From an uncultured Bacilli bacterium (GTDB lineage Bacteria; Bacillota_I; Bacilli_A; RF39; UBA660), in assembly GCA_934149515.1 (NCBI GenBank), contig CAKPFD010000002.1, positions 98,209 through 162,208 on the forward strand: DNA of 64,000 nt. Direction: 5' to 3'. This document shows positions 55,739 through 64,000 of this stretch, one piece after another. Within the stretch, counting starts at the first letter, position 1. Each line of letters starts with the position of its first letter. A model generated the notes under the pieces. It worked only from the letters and a program-made list of their open reading frames with translations. It was not told the DNA's origin and did not search any database. The translations under genes were made by a program, and so were the position numbers.

Positions 55739-56341
55739 ATGAAAACAGTATTATTTGCAACAGAAAATGAAAGTAAAGTCAATCGATTTAAAGCAAAACT
55801 TTTGGCAAAAGGAATCAAAATAATAACCATCAATGACCTTCCTGAAAAGTTAGAAATAGAAGAAAATGGAAAAGATGCAATTGAAAATGCTTTAATCAAA
55901 GCAAGAGCTTATGCCAAAGTACAAGACTTACCAGTTTTTGCAATGGATGATAGTTTATATATCGAAAATATTCCCCAAGATAAACAACCAGGCATGTATG
56001 TTAGAAGAGTAAACGGAAAACGTTTAACAGATGAAGAAATGCTTACTTATTATACCAACTTAGCCCATGAATATGGAATAAACGGCAAATTAACTTGTCG
56101 TTGGGTCTATGGAATTGCTACTATCAATAACAAAATAGAATCTACCTACACATTTAGTAAAGATGATTTTTATATAGTAGATAAACCATCTACCAAAATA
56201 GAAAAGGGCTATCCATTAAATACCATATCTGTTCATAAAAAATTAAACAAATACTTTACAGATATAACCAAAGAAGAATGGAAAAATCAACACGAAAATG
56301 AAGAAGATGTGATACAATTTTTATATGATCGTTTGTCATAA
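55739..56341 (+). CDS. non-canonical purine NTP pyrophosphatase-like (Ham1/ITPase fold)
   Basis: 'VLFATENESKVNRF', 'EENGKDAIENALIKA' and 'AMDDSLYI'. Confidence 0.5.
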   Translation: MKTVLFATENESKVNRFKAKLLAKGIKIITINDLPEKLEIEENGKDAIENALIKARAYAKVQDLPVFAMDDSLYIENIPQDKQPGMYVRRVNGKRLTDEEMLTYYTNLAHEYGINGKLTCRWVYGIATINNKIESTYTFSKDDFYIVDKPSTKIEKGYPLNTISVHKKLNKYFTDITKEEWKNQHENEEDVIQFLYDRLS

Positions 56342-56465
56342 GAAATTATGAAAGAAGATGTTAAACAATAACTAGAAAAGATCTCAAATGATCTTTTTTC
56401 TATAACTTTTAAGGTAAAGACATGTATTACATTTCTTAACATAAGATAAAAAGAGGAGTAAATAA

Positions 56466-57608
56466 ATGCAAAAAAATAATAATTTATTGAAAGATAGAGC
56501 ATTTCTTGAAATTAATCTAAATAATTTAGAACACAATATCAATCAAATTAAACAAATACTATCTTCTAAAACGAAAATAATGGCCGTTATTAAGGCTAAT
56601 GCTTATGGTCATGATAGTATTCTTGTTGCAAAAAAATTATCAGAACTTGGTATTGATGATTTTGCAGTAGCAACACTAGAAGAAGGAATCATCCTTCGAA
56701 AAAATCATATCAAAGGTAATATTTTAATACTTGGATATACTGATTTTGAAAACTTACAATACGTTATAAAATACGATCTAATACAAACTATCATTGATGT
56801 TGATTATTCAGAAAAAATTAAAACACTTCCTTTAAAGAACAAACTAAAATGCCATGTAAAAATAAATACTGGAATGAATCGTATTGGTGAAGATTGTCAT
56901 AATTTATCAAGTCTTATTACTATCTTTGAAAATCCAAAACTTACTATTTTAGGAACATTCAGTCACTTATGTGTAGCAGATTCTAAAAAGAAAGAAGATA
57001 TAAACTTTACTAAAAATCAAATTCAAAATTTTACTATGTGTATAAAGTCCTTACAAGAGCATGGCTTTCATCCGGGTAAATTACATATTCAAAACAGTTA
57101 TGGCGTGATAAATTATAATGAAGAAATATATGACTATGTTCGAGTTGGTATTTTAATGTATGGTGTAAATAATGAAGAAAAATCTTATCAAAAAATAAAA
57201 TTAGACTTAAAACCAGTTTTATCTTTAAAAGCCAAAATAGTGAGCATAAAAGAAATAAATAAAAATGAAAGTGTTGGTTATGGTAGAACTTATGTTGCTT
57301 CATCGAAAAGAAAAATTGCTACCATTGCTATTGGGTATGCTGATGGTTTGCCACGAAATCTTTCAAATAAAAATGTATCTGTTAAAATAAATCATGCCTA
57401 TGCTAAAATCATCGGTAGAATTTGTATGGATCAATGTATGATAGATATTACCAATATAAAAAACGCAAAAGTAGGAGATATTGCTACTATTATTGATAGT
57501 GAAGACAATCACGTATCTTTAGAAAAATTAGCAACCAAAGCAGATACTATCACCGATGAATTAGCAAGTAGATTAGGAAACCGTTTAAAAAGAATTGCCA
57601 TAGAATAA
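56466..57608 (+). CDS. alr: alanine racemase
   Basis: PLP-Lys motif 'AVIKANAYGHD' and 'YGRTY'. 380 aa. Confidence 0.9.
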   Translation: MQKNNNLLKDRAFLEINLNNLEHNINQIKQILSSKTKIMAVIKANAYGHDSILVAKKLSELGIDDFAVATLEEGIILRKNHIKGNILILGYTDFENLQYVIKYDLIQTIIDVDYSEKIKTLPLKNKLKCHVKINTGMNRIGEDCHNLSSLITIFENPKLTILGTFSHLCVADSKKKEDINFTKNQIQNFTMCIKSLQEHGFHPGKLHIQNSYGVINYNEEIYDYVRVGILMYGVNNEEKSYQKIKLDLKPVLSLKAKIVSIKEINKNESVGYGRTYVASSKRKIATIAIGYADGLPRNLSNKNVSVKINHAYAKIIGRICMDQCMIDITNIKNAKVGDIATIIDSEDNHVSLEKLATKADTITDELASRLGNRLKRIAIE

Positions 57609-57716
57609 AAGATTAGGATAACTAGTCTTTTTATTGTTTTATATATTAAAAATATAGAAATAAATGCTAAAAATTAGTATAATACTATTGGAATGAGATA
57701 AGATAGGGAGGAAAAA

Positions 57717-58030
57717 ATGATAAAACAAACAGTAGGAAAAGAAGCCTTAGAAGAATTTACTCCTAAATTTGCACATTATAATGATGATATTTTATTTGGT
57801 GAAAACTGGAATGATGAAGCAATCGATCTAAAAACAAGATAAGATGTATCATAACCGTTGTAGCATTAATGTCTAGTGGGATAACTGATAATTCTTTAAA
57901 ATATCATTTAGAAAACGCGAAGAAAGTTGGAGTAATCAAAGAAGAAATGGCTGGTATTATAACACACACTGCCTTTTACGTTGGATAGCCAAAAGGATGG
58001 ACAGTATTTAATTTAGCTAAGGTGGTATAA
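57717..58030 (+). pseudogene. carboxymuconolactone decarboxylase-family gene, inactivated
   Basis: 'MIKQTVGKEALEEFTPKFAHYNDDILFGENWNDEAIDLKTR' then a stop. A 5-bp tandem duplication (aagat aagat, 57836-57845) shifts the frame. Downstream reads 'RCIITVVALMSSG...IITHTAFYVG*PKGW', with TAG (57986-57988) where Trp is expected. Confidence 0.8.
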
Positions 58031-58032
58031 AG

Positions 58033-58476
58033 ATGAATAAAGAAGAGTTTACAACAGAAAATATATTTGGTTTAGGACAAGAAAATGTGAATTTTGCTAA
58101 ATATTTTATTGGTAAGAGTTATTTAAATCCATTGACAGATCCAAAGGATACTATCTTTTTAGCAAACGTTACATTTGAACCAGGCTGTAGAAATAATTGG
58201 CACATTCATCATGCAACAAAAAATGGCGGACAAATTTTAATATGTACTGCTGGTGAAGGTTGGTATCAAGAAGCAGGAAAAGATCCCGTTAGCTTGGAAC
58301 CAGGTATGGTAATAACAATTCCAGCAAATGTTAAACATTGGCATGGGGCTAAAAAAGATTCTTGGTTTAGTCATATCGCGATAGAAGTTCCTGGAGAAAA
58401 TACATCAAACGAATGGTGTGAACCAGTAACTGATGAAGAATATAATAAATTACTTAGAAAGCTAAATAAAATATAA
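58033..58476 (+). CDS. cupin-domain protein
   Basis: 'FEPGCRNNWHIHH' and 'PANVKHWHGA' metal-binding cupin motifs. Confidence 0.75.
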   Translation: MNKEEFTTENIFGLGQENVNFAKYFIGKSYLNPLTDPKDTIFLANVTFEPGCRNNWHIHHATKNGGQILICTAGEGWYQEAGKDPVSLEPGMVITIPANVKHWHGAKKDSWFSHIAIEVPGENTSNEWCEPVTDEEYNKLLRKLNKI

Positions 58477-58480
58477 GATT

Positions 58481-58600
58481 ATGAATTTTTATAAAGATTT
58501 AAATGACTATGATGAAATAATTCTAGGAGCGTCCATTTGGTAAGGCAACTTGATATGAAAATTTATAAATACTTAATAGCAATGAATATAAGGAGAAACA
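58481..58600 (+). pseudogene. flavodoxin gene relic (middle portion only)
   Basis: Translates to 'KDLNDYDEIILGASIW*GNL', which matches the flavodoxin 'DYD-I-LG-P-WWG' FMN-loop region. It has stops and no N-terminus. Confidence 0.45.
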
Positions 58601-58606
58601 AATAAT

Positions 58607-59086
58607 ATGAAAGAAGAAGTGCTAGATTTATATGATAATAAATTTCACAAACTTGACAAAACAATAGTTAGAAGAAAAGATGAAATACCAGAAGGCGCTA
58701 ACATAATGCAATCATATATTTTAATAAAAAATAATAATAAATATTTATTGGAACAATCAAATGTTCAAAACAGCTATCATTGGGCAATTCCTGGCGGTCA
58801 TTTAATGACTGGTGAAACACCGGAAAACGCTTTGAGTCGAGAACTTAAAGAAGAATTAAATATAGAAAATATTAGTTATAAAAAAATAGATACAATAAAA
58901 TTTCCTTACAATCAATTTATTTTTAATGTTTTTTATTCAGAAGATACTATAAATATGAATGATTTAAAATTTCAACAAGAGGAAGTTATTTCAGTTAAAT
59001 GGTATACAAAAGATGAAATATTAAAACTAATTGAAGAAGGAAAAATACCAAAAGGATATGCTTTCATTTTAAAAAAATATATGTAG
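58607..59086 (+). CDS. NUDIX hydrolase
   Basis: Nudix box 'GGHLMTGETPENALSRELKEELNI'. Confidence 0.85.
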   Translation: MKEEVLDLYDNKFHKLDKTIVRRKDEIPEGANIMQSYILIKNNNKYLLEQSNVQNSYHWAIPGGHLMTGETPENALSRELKEELNIENISYKKIDTIKFPYNQFIFNVFYSEDTINMNDLKFQQEEVISVKWYTKDEILKLIEEGKIPKGYAFILKKYM

Positions 59087-59194
59087 TAAAATAATTAATA
59101 ATATAAAAAAGATAATTAAAAACAGAACAATTATTTCATTAGAATGATGCACTACTATTTTTAGTAGAAATTACATAAAGAAAGGATGAATAAA

Positions 59195-59470
59195 ATGAAT
59201 AAAAAACTAATTGTATACTTTTCTTATATCAACCATACAAAAATGATAGCAGAAAAAATAAAAGAAACATTAAATTGTGATATTGTCCAATTGCAACCGG
59301 TAATTCCTTATTCAAAGAACTATCAACAAGATAAATAGTTTATAAAAAAATAAGAAATGAAGTACAAACCACGATAAATATCTATAAAAACTATATTATA
59401 AAATCATTTTTCTTTAAAACTAAGATACATACCAAAAATATATATGATAACGAAAAGTAAAAGGAGATAC
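59195..59470 (+). pseudogene. flavodoxin gene relic (N-terminal part, in-frame stop at 59336-59338, then degenerate)
   Basis: 'MNKKLIVYFSYINHTKMIAEKIKETLNCDIVQLQPVIPYSKNYQQDK*', the flavodoxin phosphate-binding-loop region. Full-length homologues are about 160 aa. Confidence 0.6.
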
Positions 59471-59476
59471 TAAAAA

Positions 59477-62113
59477 GTGATTAGATTATTTTTCCTAAAA
59501 AACAAATTACAAAATAAAACATTGATAAATAATCATGATGAAAAAATACTAGAAAAGTATAAAAATATTGCTCAACAAGAAAATCAAAAAATAATACAAG
59601 AATTTCAAACGAATATTGAAAAAGGCTTAACAAATAAAGAAGTGGAGCAAAGATTAAAAAAAGATGGAGAAAATATTGTTATAAAAGATGACAAACACTC
59701 TTGGTTTTATTTTTTTATCAACTCCTTTAAAGATAAATTTATTTTGATTTTAGTTATTTTAGCAATCATAAATAAATTCATTGGTGATGATACCTTAGGT
59801 ACAATTATCATTTTGGCAATTGGATTTGTAAGTGCTATGATAAAATTTATTCAAAATTATTCAACCTATAAATTCAATCAAAAACTAAAAAACGAAATGT
59901 TTTCAACTGCTATCGTCGTAAGGAACAATAAAGAACAAACCATAAGAACTGAAAAAGTTGTTAAGGGCGACATTGTTCATTTGAATACAGGATCTATTAT
60001 TCCAGCGGATATCATCATTTTGGAAAATAAAGATTTATTTTTAAACCAATCTGTCTTCACCGGAGAAAGTGCACCAATTGAAAAAAATGCTCAATTTAAT
60101 AATTCCAATGAAATATTTTCTCTTTCTAACATCTGTTTAATGGGAACGAGTGTAATAAGTGGAAAAGCAACTGCTATGGTAATTAACACAGGTTTTTCTA
60201 CTTATCTAGGAAGTATGGGAAAACAAATTGATAATAAAAGAGAAATCACCAATTTTGAAAAAGGCATGAATAATATTACAAAATTATTAATAAAATATAT
60301 GAGTGTAGTTTCAATTGCTGTATTTATTATCTACGCATTGATACGAAAAGATATATTAGAAGCTGTGTTATTTGCTTTATCAGTAGCAGTTGGAATTACA
60401 CCAACGATGTTACCCATGATAGTAAATGTCAACTTAACTAAAGGAACTAAAACACTAGCCAAGAAAAAAACATTAGTAAAAAATATGCAAGCCATTCAAA
60501 ATTTAGGCGCAATAGATGTTTTATGTACAGATAAAACAGGAACGCTGACCTTAGATAAAATAGTATTACAAAAATATATCAACGTTGAAGGAAAAGAAGA
60601 CTTATCTATACTAGAATATGCATTCTTAAATAGTTATTATAGTACAGGAATGAAAAATTTAGTAGATAAAGCCGTTATAACTTATGGTATAGAACATAAA
60701 ATAAAAGAACAGGTTATAGATTATGAAAAAATTGACGAAATACCCTTTGATTACACGAGAAAAAAAGTAAGCGTTGTTGTAAAACATGATGATCATTATA
60801 GAATCATTACAAAAGGAGCTCTAGAAGAAGTATTAAAAAGCTGCAATCAAGTAAAAATCAATGGAGAACATAAAAAAATAACTCCGGAAATGATTCAAAA
60901 TATTAATAAAAATGTTGAAGATTTTGCCAAACAAGGAATGCAAGTCATTGCACTAGCATCAAAAAAAGAGTATAGAGGAAAAGATATTTTTAATAGTAAT
61001 GATGAAAACAATATGACATTCATAGGATTTGTAGCATTTTTAGATCCACCAAAAAAAGAAGTAAAAAGTACCATCAAAGAACTAAAGAAATATGGAGTAA
61101 CAACAAAAATTTTAACTGGAGATAATCAATATACTACCGAAAATATTTGCCACTTAGTAGGAATGGAGGATTCAAACATATTACTAGGTACAGATATAGA
61201 TAAAATGTCTGATGAAAAACTTGCTGCAGCAGTAGAAAAAGTAAATGTTTTTGCTAGGATGAATCCATTACAAAAAGAAAGGATTATCAAAACACTTCGA
61301 AAAAATGGTCATATAGTTGGATATATGGGAGATGGCGTCAATGATGCACCATCACTTCATCATGCCGATGTTGGTATTTGTGTCAATACAGCGACAGATA
61401 TTGCCAAAGAAGCAAGTGATATTATCTTATTAGAAAAAAGTTTAAAAGTAATATTAAATGGGGTAATAGAAGGAAGAAAAGTATATGGAAATATTATAAA
61501 ATACATAAAGATGGCTTTAAGTTCTGATTTTGGAGATATATTTAGCATATTGATTGCAAGTATTTTCTTACCATTCTTACCACTGCTGCCAATTCAAATG
61601 TTGATTCAAGATTTTTTATATGATTTTTCTCAAATAGGAATACCCTATGATAATGTTGATGAAGAATTTTTAATAAAACCAAGAAAGTGGGATACCAAAG
61701 GCTTAGGAACATTTATGAATGTTATGGGACCATTAAGTTCCATAATAGATGTTTTAGCATTTTTAGCATTTTGGTTTATACTAGGATATAATGGATCCAT
61801 AAGTGAAAGTTATTTTCAAACCGCATGGTTCGTGGAATGTTTAATAAGTGAAACATTGATAATTCATTTTGTTCGTACAGCTAAAGTACCTTTCATCCAA
61901 TCAAAAGCAAACAAAACATTAACTTGCTTAACCATGATTACAATAATAGGAACAATCATCACGCCAATAGCATTACATAATATCAAATCATTTCATTTCG
62001 AAATCATGCCACCATTATATTATTTCATCGTAATAGCATTAACAATTCTATACGTAATTTTAGTTCAACTTATAAAGAAAGTATATATAAAGAAAGTTGG
62101 AAATTGGTTATAG
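59477..62113 (+). CDS. mgtA: magnesium-importing P-type ATPase
   Basis: 878 aa. 'CTDKTGTLT', 'TGDN' and 'GDGVNDAPSLHHADVGI'. Ten-TM MgtA/B-type architecture. GTG start after AAGGAG. Confidence 0.85.
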   Translation: MIRLFFLKNKLQNKTLINNHDEKILEKYKNIAQQENQKIIQEFQTNIEKGLTNKEVEQRLKKDGENIVIKDDKHSWFYFFINSFKDKFILILVILAIINKFIGDDTLGTIIILAIGFVSAMIKFIQNYSTYKFNQKLKNEMFSTAIVVRNNKEQTIRTEKVVKGDIVHLNTGSIIPADIIILENKDLFLNQSVFTGESAPIEKNAQFNNSNEIFSLSNICLMGTSVISGKATAMVINTGFSTYLGSMGKQIDNKREITNFEKGMNNITKLLIKYMSVVSIAVFIIYALIRKDILEAVLFALSVAVGITPTMLPMIVNVNLTKGTKTLAKKKTLVKNMQAIQNLGAIDVLCTDKTGTLTLDKIVLQKYINVEGKEDLSILEYAFLNSYYSTGMKNLVDKAVITYGIEHKIKEQVIDYEKIDEIPFDYTRKKVSVVVKHDDHYRIITKGALEEVLKSCNQVKINGEHKKITPEMIQNINKNVEDFAKQGMQVIALASKKEYRGKDIFNSNDENNMTFIGFVAFLDPPKKEVKSTIKELKKYGVTTKILTGDNQYTTENICHLVGMEDSNILLGTDIDKMSDEKLAAAVEKVNVFARMNPLQKERIIKTLRKNGHIVGYMGDGVNDAPSLHHADVGICVNTATDIAKEASDIILLEKSLKVILNGVIEGRKVYGNIIKYIKMALSSDFGDIFSILIASIFLPFLPLLPIQMLIQDFLYDFSQIGIPYDNVDEEFLIKPRKWDTKGLGTFMNVMGPLSSIIDVLAFLAFWFILGYNGSISESYFQTAWFVECLISETLIIHFVRTAKVPFIQSKANKTLTCLTMITIIGTIITPIALHNIKSFHFEIMPPLYYFIVIALTILYVILVQLIKKVYIKKVGNWL

Positions 62114-62153
62114 AAAAGTAATAAAGCTCTAATAAACAAAGCAATAAGAAACA

Positions 62154-62723
62154 ATGAAAATTATAGAAATATTATTATTAGGAATAAGTCTTTCAATGGA
62201 TGCTTTTGCAGTTTCTATTTGTAAAGGTTTAGCAATGAAGAAAATCAATTGGAAAAAAGCACTAATAATAGGGCTGTATTTTGGAATATTTCAAGCCCTA
62301 ATGCCAGCAATAGGTTATTTTTTAGGAAGCACTTTTGAAAACTTAGTGACCAATATAGATCATTGGATCGCCTTTATATTATTAGCTTTCATTGGTGGTA
62401 ACATGATAAAAGAAGCATTAGCTAAAGAAGAAAATAATAACTGTAATGATAATGTAGATTTTAAAACAATGTTAATTTTAGCAATTGCAACAAGTATAGA
62501 TGCTTTAGCAATAGGAATTACCTTTGCCTTTCTTAATGTTAATTTACTACTTGCCATTACTATAATAGGAATCACAACGTTTATTATTTCCTTAATTGGA
62601 GTGAAACTAGGAAACAAATTTGGTAGAAAATATGAAAGTAAAGCAGGAATCATGGGAGGAATTATTTTAATACTAATAGGGCTAAAGATATTATTAGAAC
62701 ATTTAAAAATAATAACTTTTTAA
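62154..62723 (+). CDS. mntP: manganese efflux pump MntP
   Basis: '[19 protein letters not shown]' and the repeated '[11 protein letters not shown]' half. Confidence 0.85.
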   Translation: MKIIEILLLGISLSMDAFAVSICKGLAMKKINWKKALIIGLYFGIFQALMPAIGYFLGSTFENLVTNIDHWIAFILLAFIGGNMIKEALAKEENNNCNDNVDFKTMLILAIATSIDALAIGITFAFLNVNLLLAITIIGITTFIISLIGVKLGNKFGRKYESKAGIMGGIILILIGLKILLEHLKIITF

Positions 62724-62748
62724 CCAATATGATCATCAAAAGCTAGAT

Positions 62749-62789
62749 AAATATCTATTTGCAACACATTCCTGCAGATAGATATTTTT
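62749..62789 (+). terminator. mntP terminator
   Basis: AAATATCTAT (62749-62758) pairs with ATAGATATTT (62778-62787), followed by a T run. Confidence 0.55.
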
Positions 62790-62797
62790 GTCTAATG

Positions 62798-62811
62798 TTA
62801 CAAAATTGTAA
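62798..62811 (+). promoter_or_regulatory. inverted repeat TTACA-AAAT-TGTAA, candidate BceR-type response-regulator binding site
   Basis: A perfect palindrome sits just upstream of a TTGTAA-17-ATAAAT promoter-like element (62815-62843) and of the Bce-type RR/HK genes. Confidence 0.4.
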
Positions 62812-62936
62812 TGTTTTGTAATATTAAAATAGCAACAAATAAATCTAAACATGCTAACATAATAGTAAATGGTTTTTTAAAAAGTGATATAATAGACCAA
62901 TAAAAAAGCACTACAATGCCCAAGGAAGAAGAAAAG

Positions 62937-63599
62937 ATGAAAAAAATATTAATCGTAGAAGATGAAGAAATTATTAGAAATGAATTAAAAACCCTATTAG
63001 AAAACTCTAATTATGAAGTTCAAGTCTTAGAAAAATTTAATAATATGATAGAAGATATCAAAAATATTCAGTCAGATTTAATTTTAATGGATATCAATTT
63101 ACCCAATATAAATGGAGAAATATTATTAAAAGAAATCAGGAAAAAATCAAATGTTCCTATTATCATGGTTACAAGTAGAATAGGAGAAGTAGACGAAGTT
63201 TTATCAATGTCTTATGGAGCAGATGATTATATTACAAAACCATATAACCCAACCATTTTATTATTAAGAATTCAAAATATATTGAAACGAACAGAAAGTA
63301 ATAAAGACGATCTGTTTTATGATGGAATAACTGTCAATCCTCAAAAAGGAAACTTAGAACAAAATGGTAAAATATTAGAACTAACAAAAAATGAAATGAT
63401 TATTTTTACCTATCTTTTAAGTCATCGTGGTAGAATAGTAACTCGTGATGATTTAATGACAGACTTATGGAATAATAACGAATTTATCAACGATAACGCT
63501 TTAACTGTAAATATCAGTAGGTTAAGAAATAAATTACAAGCGTTTGGACTTGAAAATAAAATTGAAACCAAAAAAGGGCAGGGGTACAAATTATTATGA
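62937..63599 (+). CDS. OmpR-family response regulator (BceR/GraR-like)
   Basis: 'KILIVEDEEII...DLILMDINLPNINGE' and 'KKGQGYKL'. ATG 62937 follows GGAAGAAGAAAAG. Confidence 0.85.
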   Translation: MKKILIVEDEEIIRNELKTLLENSNYEVQVLEKFNNMIEDIKNIQSDLILMDINLPNINGEILLKEIRKKSNVPIIMVTSRIGEVDEVLSMSYGADDYITKPYNPTILLLRIQNILKRTESNKDDLFYDGITVNPQKGNLEQNGKILELTKNEMIIFTYLLSHRGRIVTRDDLMTDLWNNNEFINDNALTVNISRLRNKLQAFGLENKIETKKGQGYKLL

Positions 63600-64000
63600 G
63601 TTTTAAAAGATATTTAGTAGATAAAGTCCCAGAACTAATAACATCAACTGTTGGCTTCATCATCGCTATTCTTATGTTAAACGTCTTCAAAGTAGAAAAA
63701 GATCTAAAAATAGCATTGACAGTTTTGTTTTTACTTGTTATTTTCTTAAACGTCACTTTTGATTATGTTAAAAAATACAAATTTTATAAAAAATTATTGA
63801 ATACACTAGATACCTTAGATAAAAAATATTTAATTTTAGAAATGATAAACAAACCAACCTTTTATGATGGCGAAATCTTTTATCAAGCACTTTATGATAT
63901 CAATAAATCAATGATCGAAAAAGTAAAAGAATATCATTTAAACATCAGTGACTTTAAAGAATATGTAGAAATGTGGATACACGAAGTGAAAATTCCAATC
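63596..64000 (+). CDS. BceS-type intramembrane-sensing histidine kinase (3' end beyond the window)
   Basis: ATGA overlap with the RR stop. Two N-terminal TM segments with almost no extracellular loop. 'EYVEMWIHEVKIPI' is the H-box region. Confidence 0.8.
   Translation, partial: MSFKRYLVDKVPELITSTVGFIIAILMLNVFKVEKDLKIALTVLFLLVIFLNVTFDYVKKYKFYKKLLNTLDTLDKKYLILEMINKPTFYDGEIFYQALYDINKSMIEKVKEYHLNISDFKEYVEMWIHEVKIPI

Noticed and set aside
59339-59476. An M-box (Mg) riboswitch upstream of mgtA, and a yybP-ykoY (Mn) riboswitch upstream of mntP (62114-62153).
   Set aside because: The mgtA upstream region is occupied by a degenerate flavodoxin remnant and is almost pure A/T with no G-rich conserved helices. 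The mntP intergenic region is only 40 nt, which is too short for the riboswitch.

Overview
This is a chromosomal segment from a very AT-rich Bacillota genome, and it has three parts. The lineage call rests on gene content and Bacillus-like synteny and is an inference; sporulation-type genes are present.

(1) nt 1-15.3 kb is an even more AT-rich accessory island. A consensus promoter plus a terminator-containing leader precedes a 13-gene, translationally coupled operon (958-13409). The operon encodes a UDP-sugar dehydrogenase, a radical-SAM/SPASM enzyme, a PHP phosphoesterase, two glycosyltransferases, two further dehydrogenases, two HprK-like P-loop proteins, a HAD phosphatase, an APH-fold kinase and a HelD helicase. 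After it come two tandem double-HTH XRE regulators and small membrane proteins. The island ends on a 14-codon relic of a surface-protein gene (15235-15282).

(2) nt 15.4-56 kb is core chromosome, with blocks syntenic to B. subtilis:
- frr and parE-parC
- ylbD-ylbE ... ylbF-rsmD
- yrzL-ruvX-yrzB-mltG-yrrM
- ynbB, rmuC, deoD, ymfF/ymfH-like M16 peptidases, rplS-lepB, cadC-cadA, and ybaK
Accessory islets interrupt these blocks.

(3) nt 56-64 kb holds alr, a decaying CMD/cupin/flavodoxin region, a NUDIX gene, mgtA, mntP and a Bce-type two-component system.

The two best leads are:
- The unassigned biosynthetic operon at 958-13409.
- A dispersed family of secreted proteins: A at 22719-24584, frameshifted B at 31754-33686, short C at 42683-43234, plus two relics. 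Each has a SipW/TasA-like signal and camelysin-like N-domain. In the long members this is fused to two 'W-x-LTP...G-V/I-R-P-x-x-N-L-K' modules. These modules carry a hypervariable loop, which is mirrored by an orphan Asn-codon-rich fragment (24694-24785) that looks like a degraded DGR template.

No tRNA, rRNA, CRISPR array, integrase or transposase was recognised. All similarity statements come from reading motifs by eye, not from database searches.
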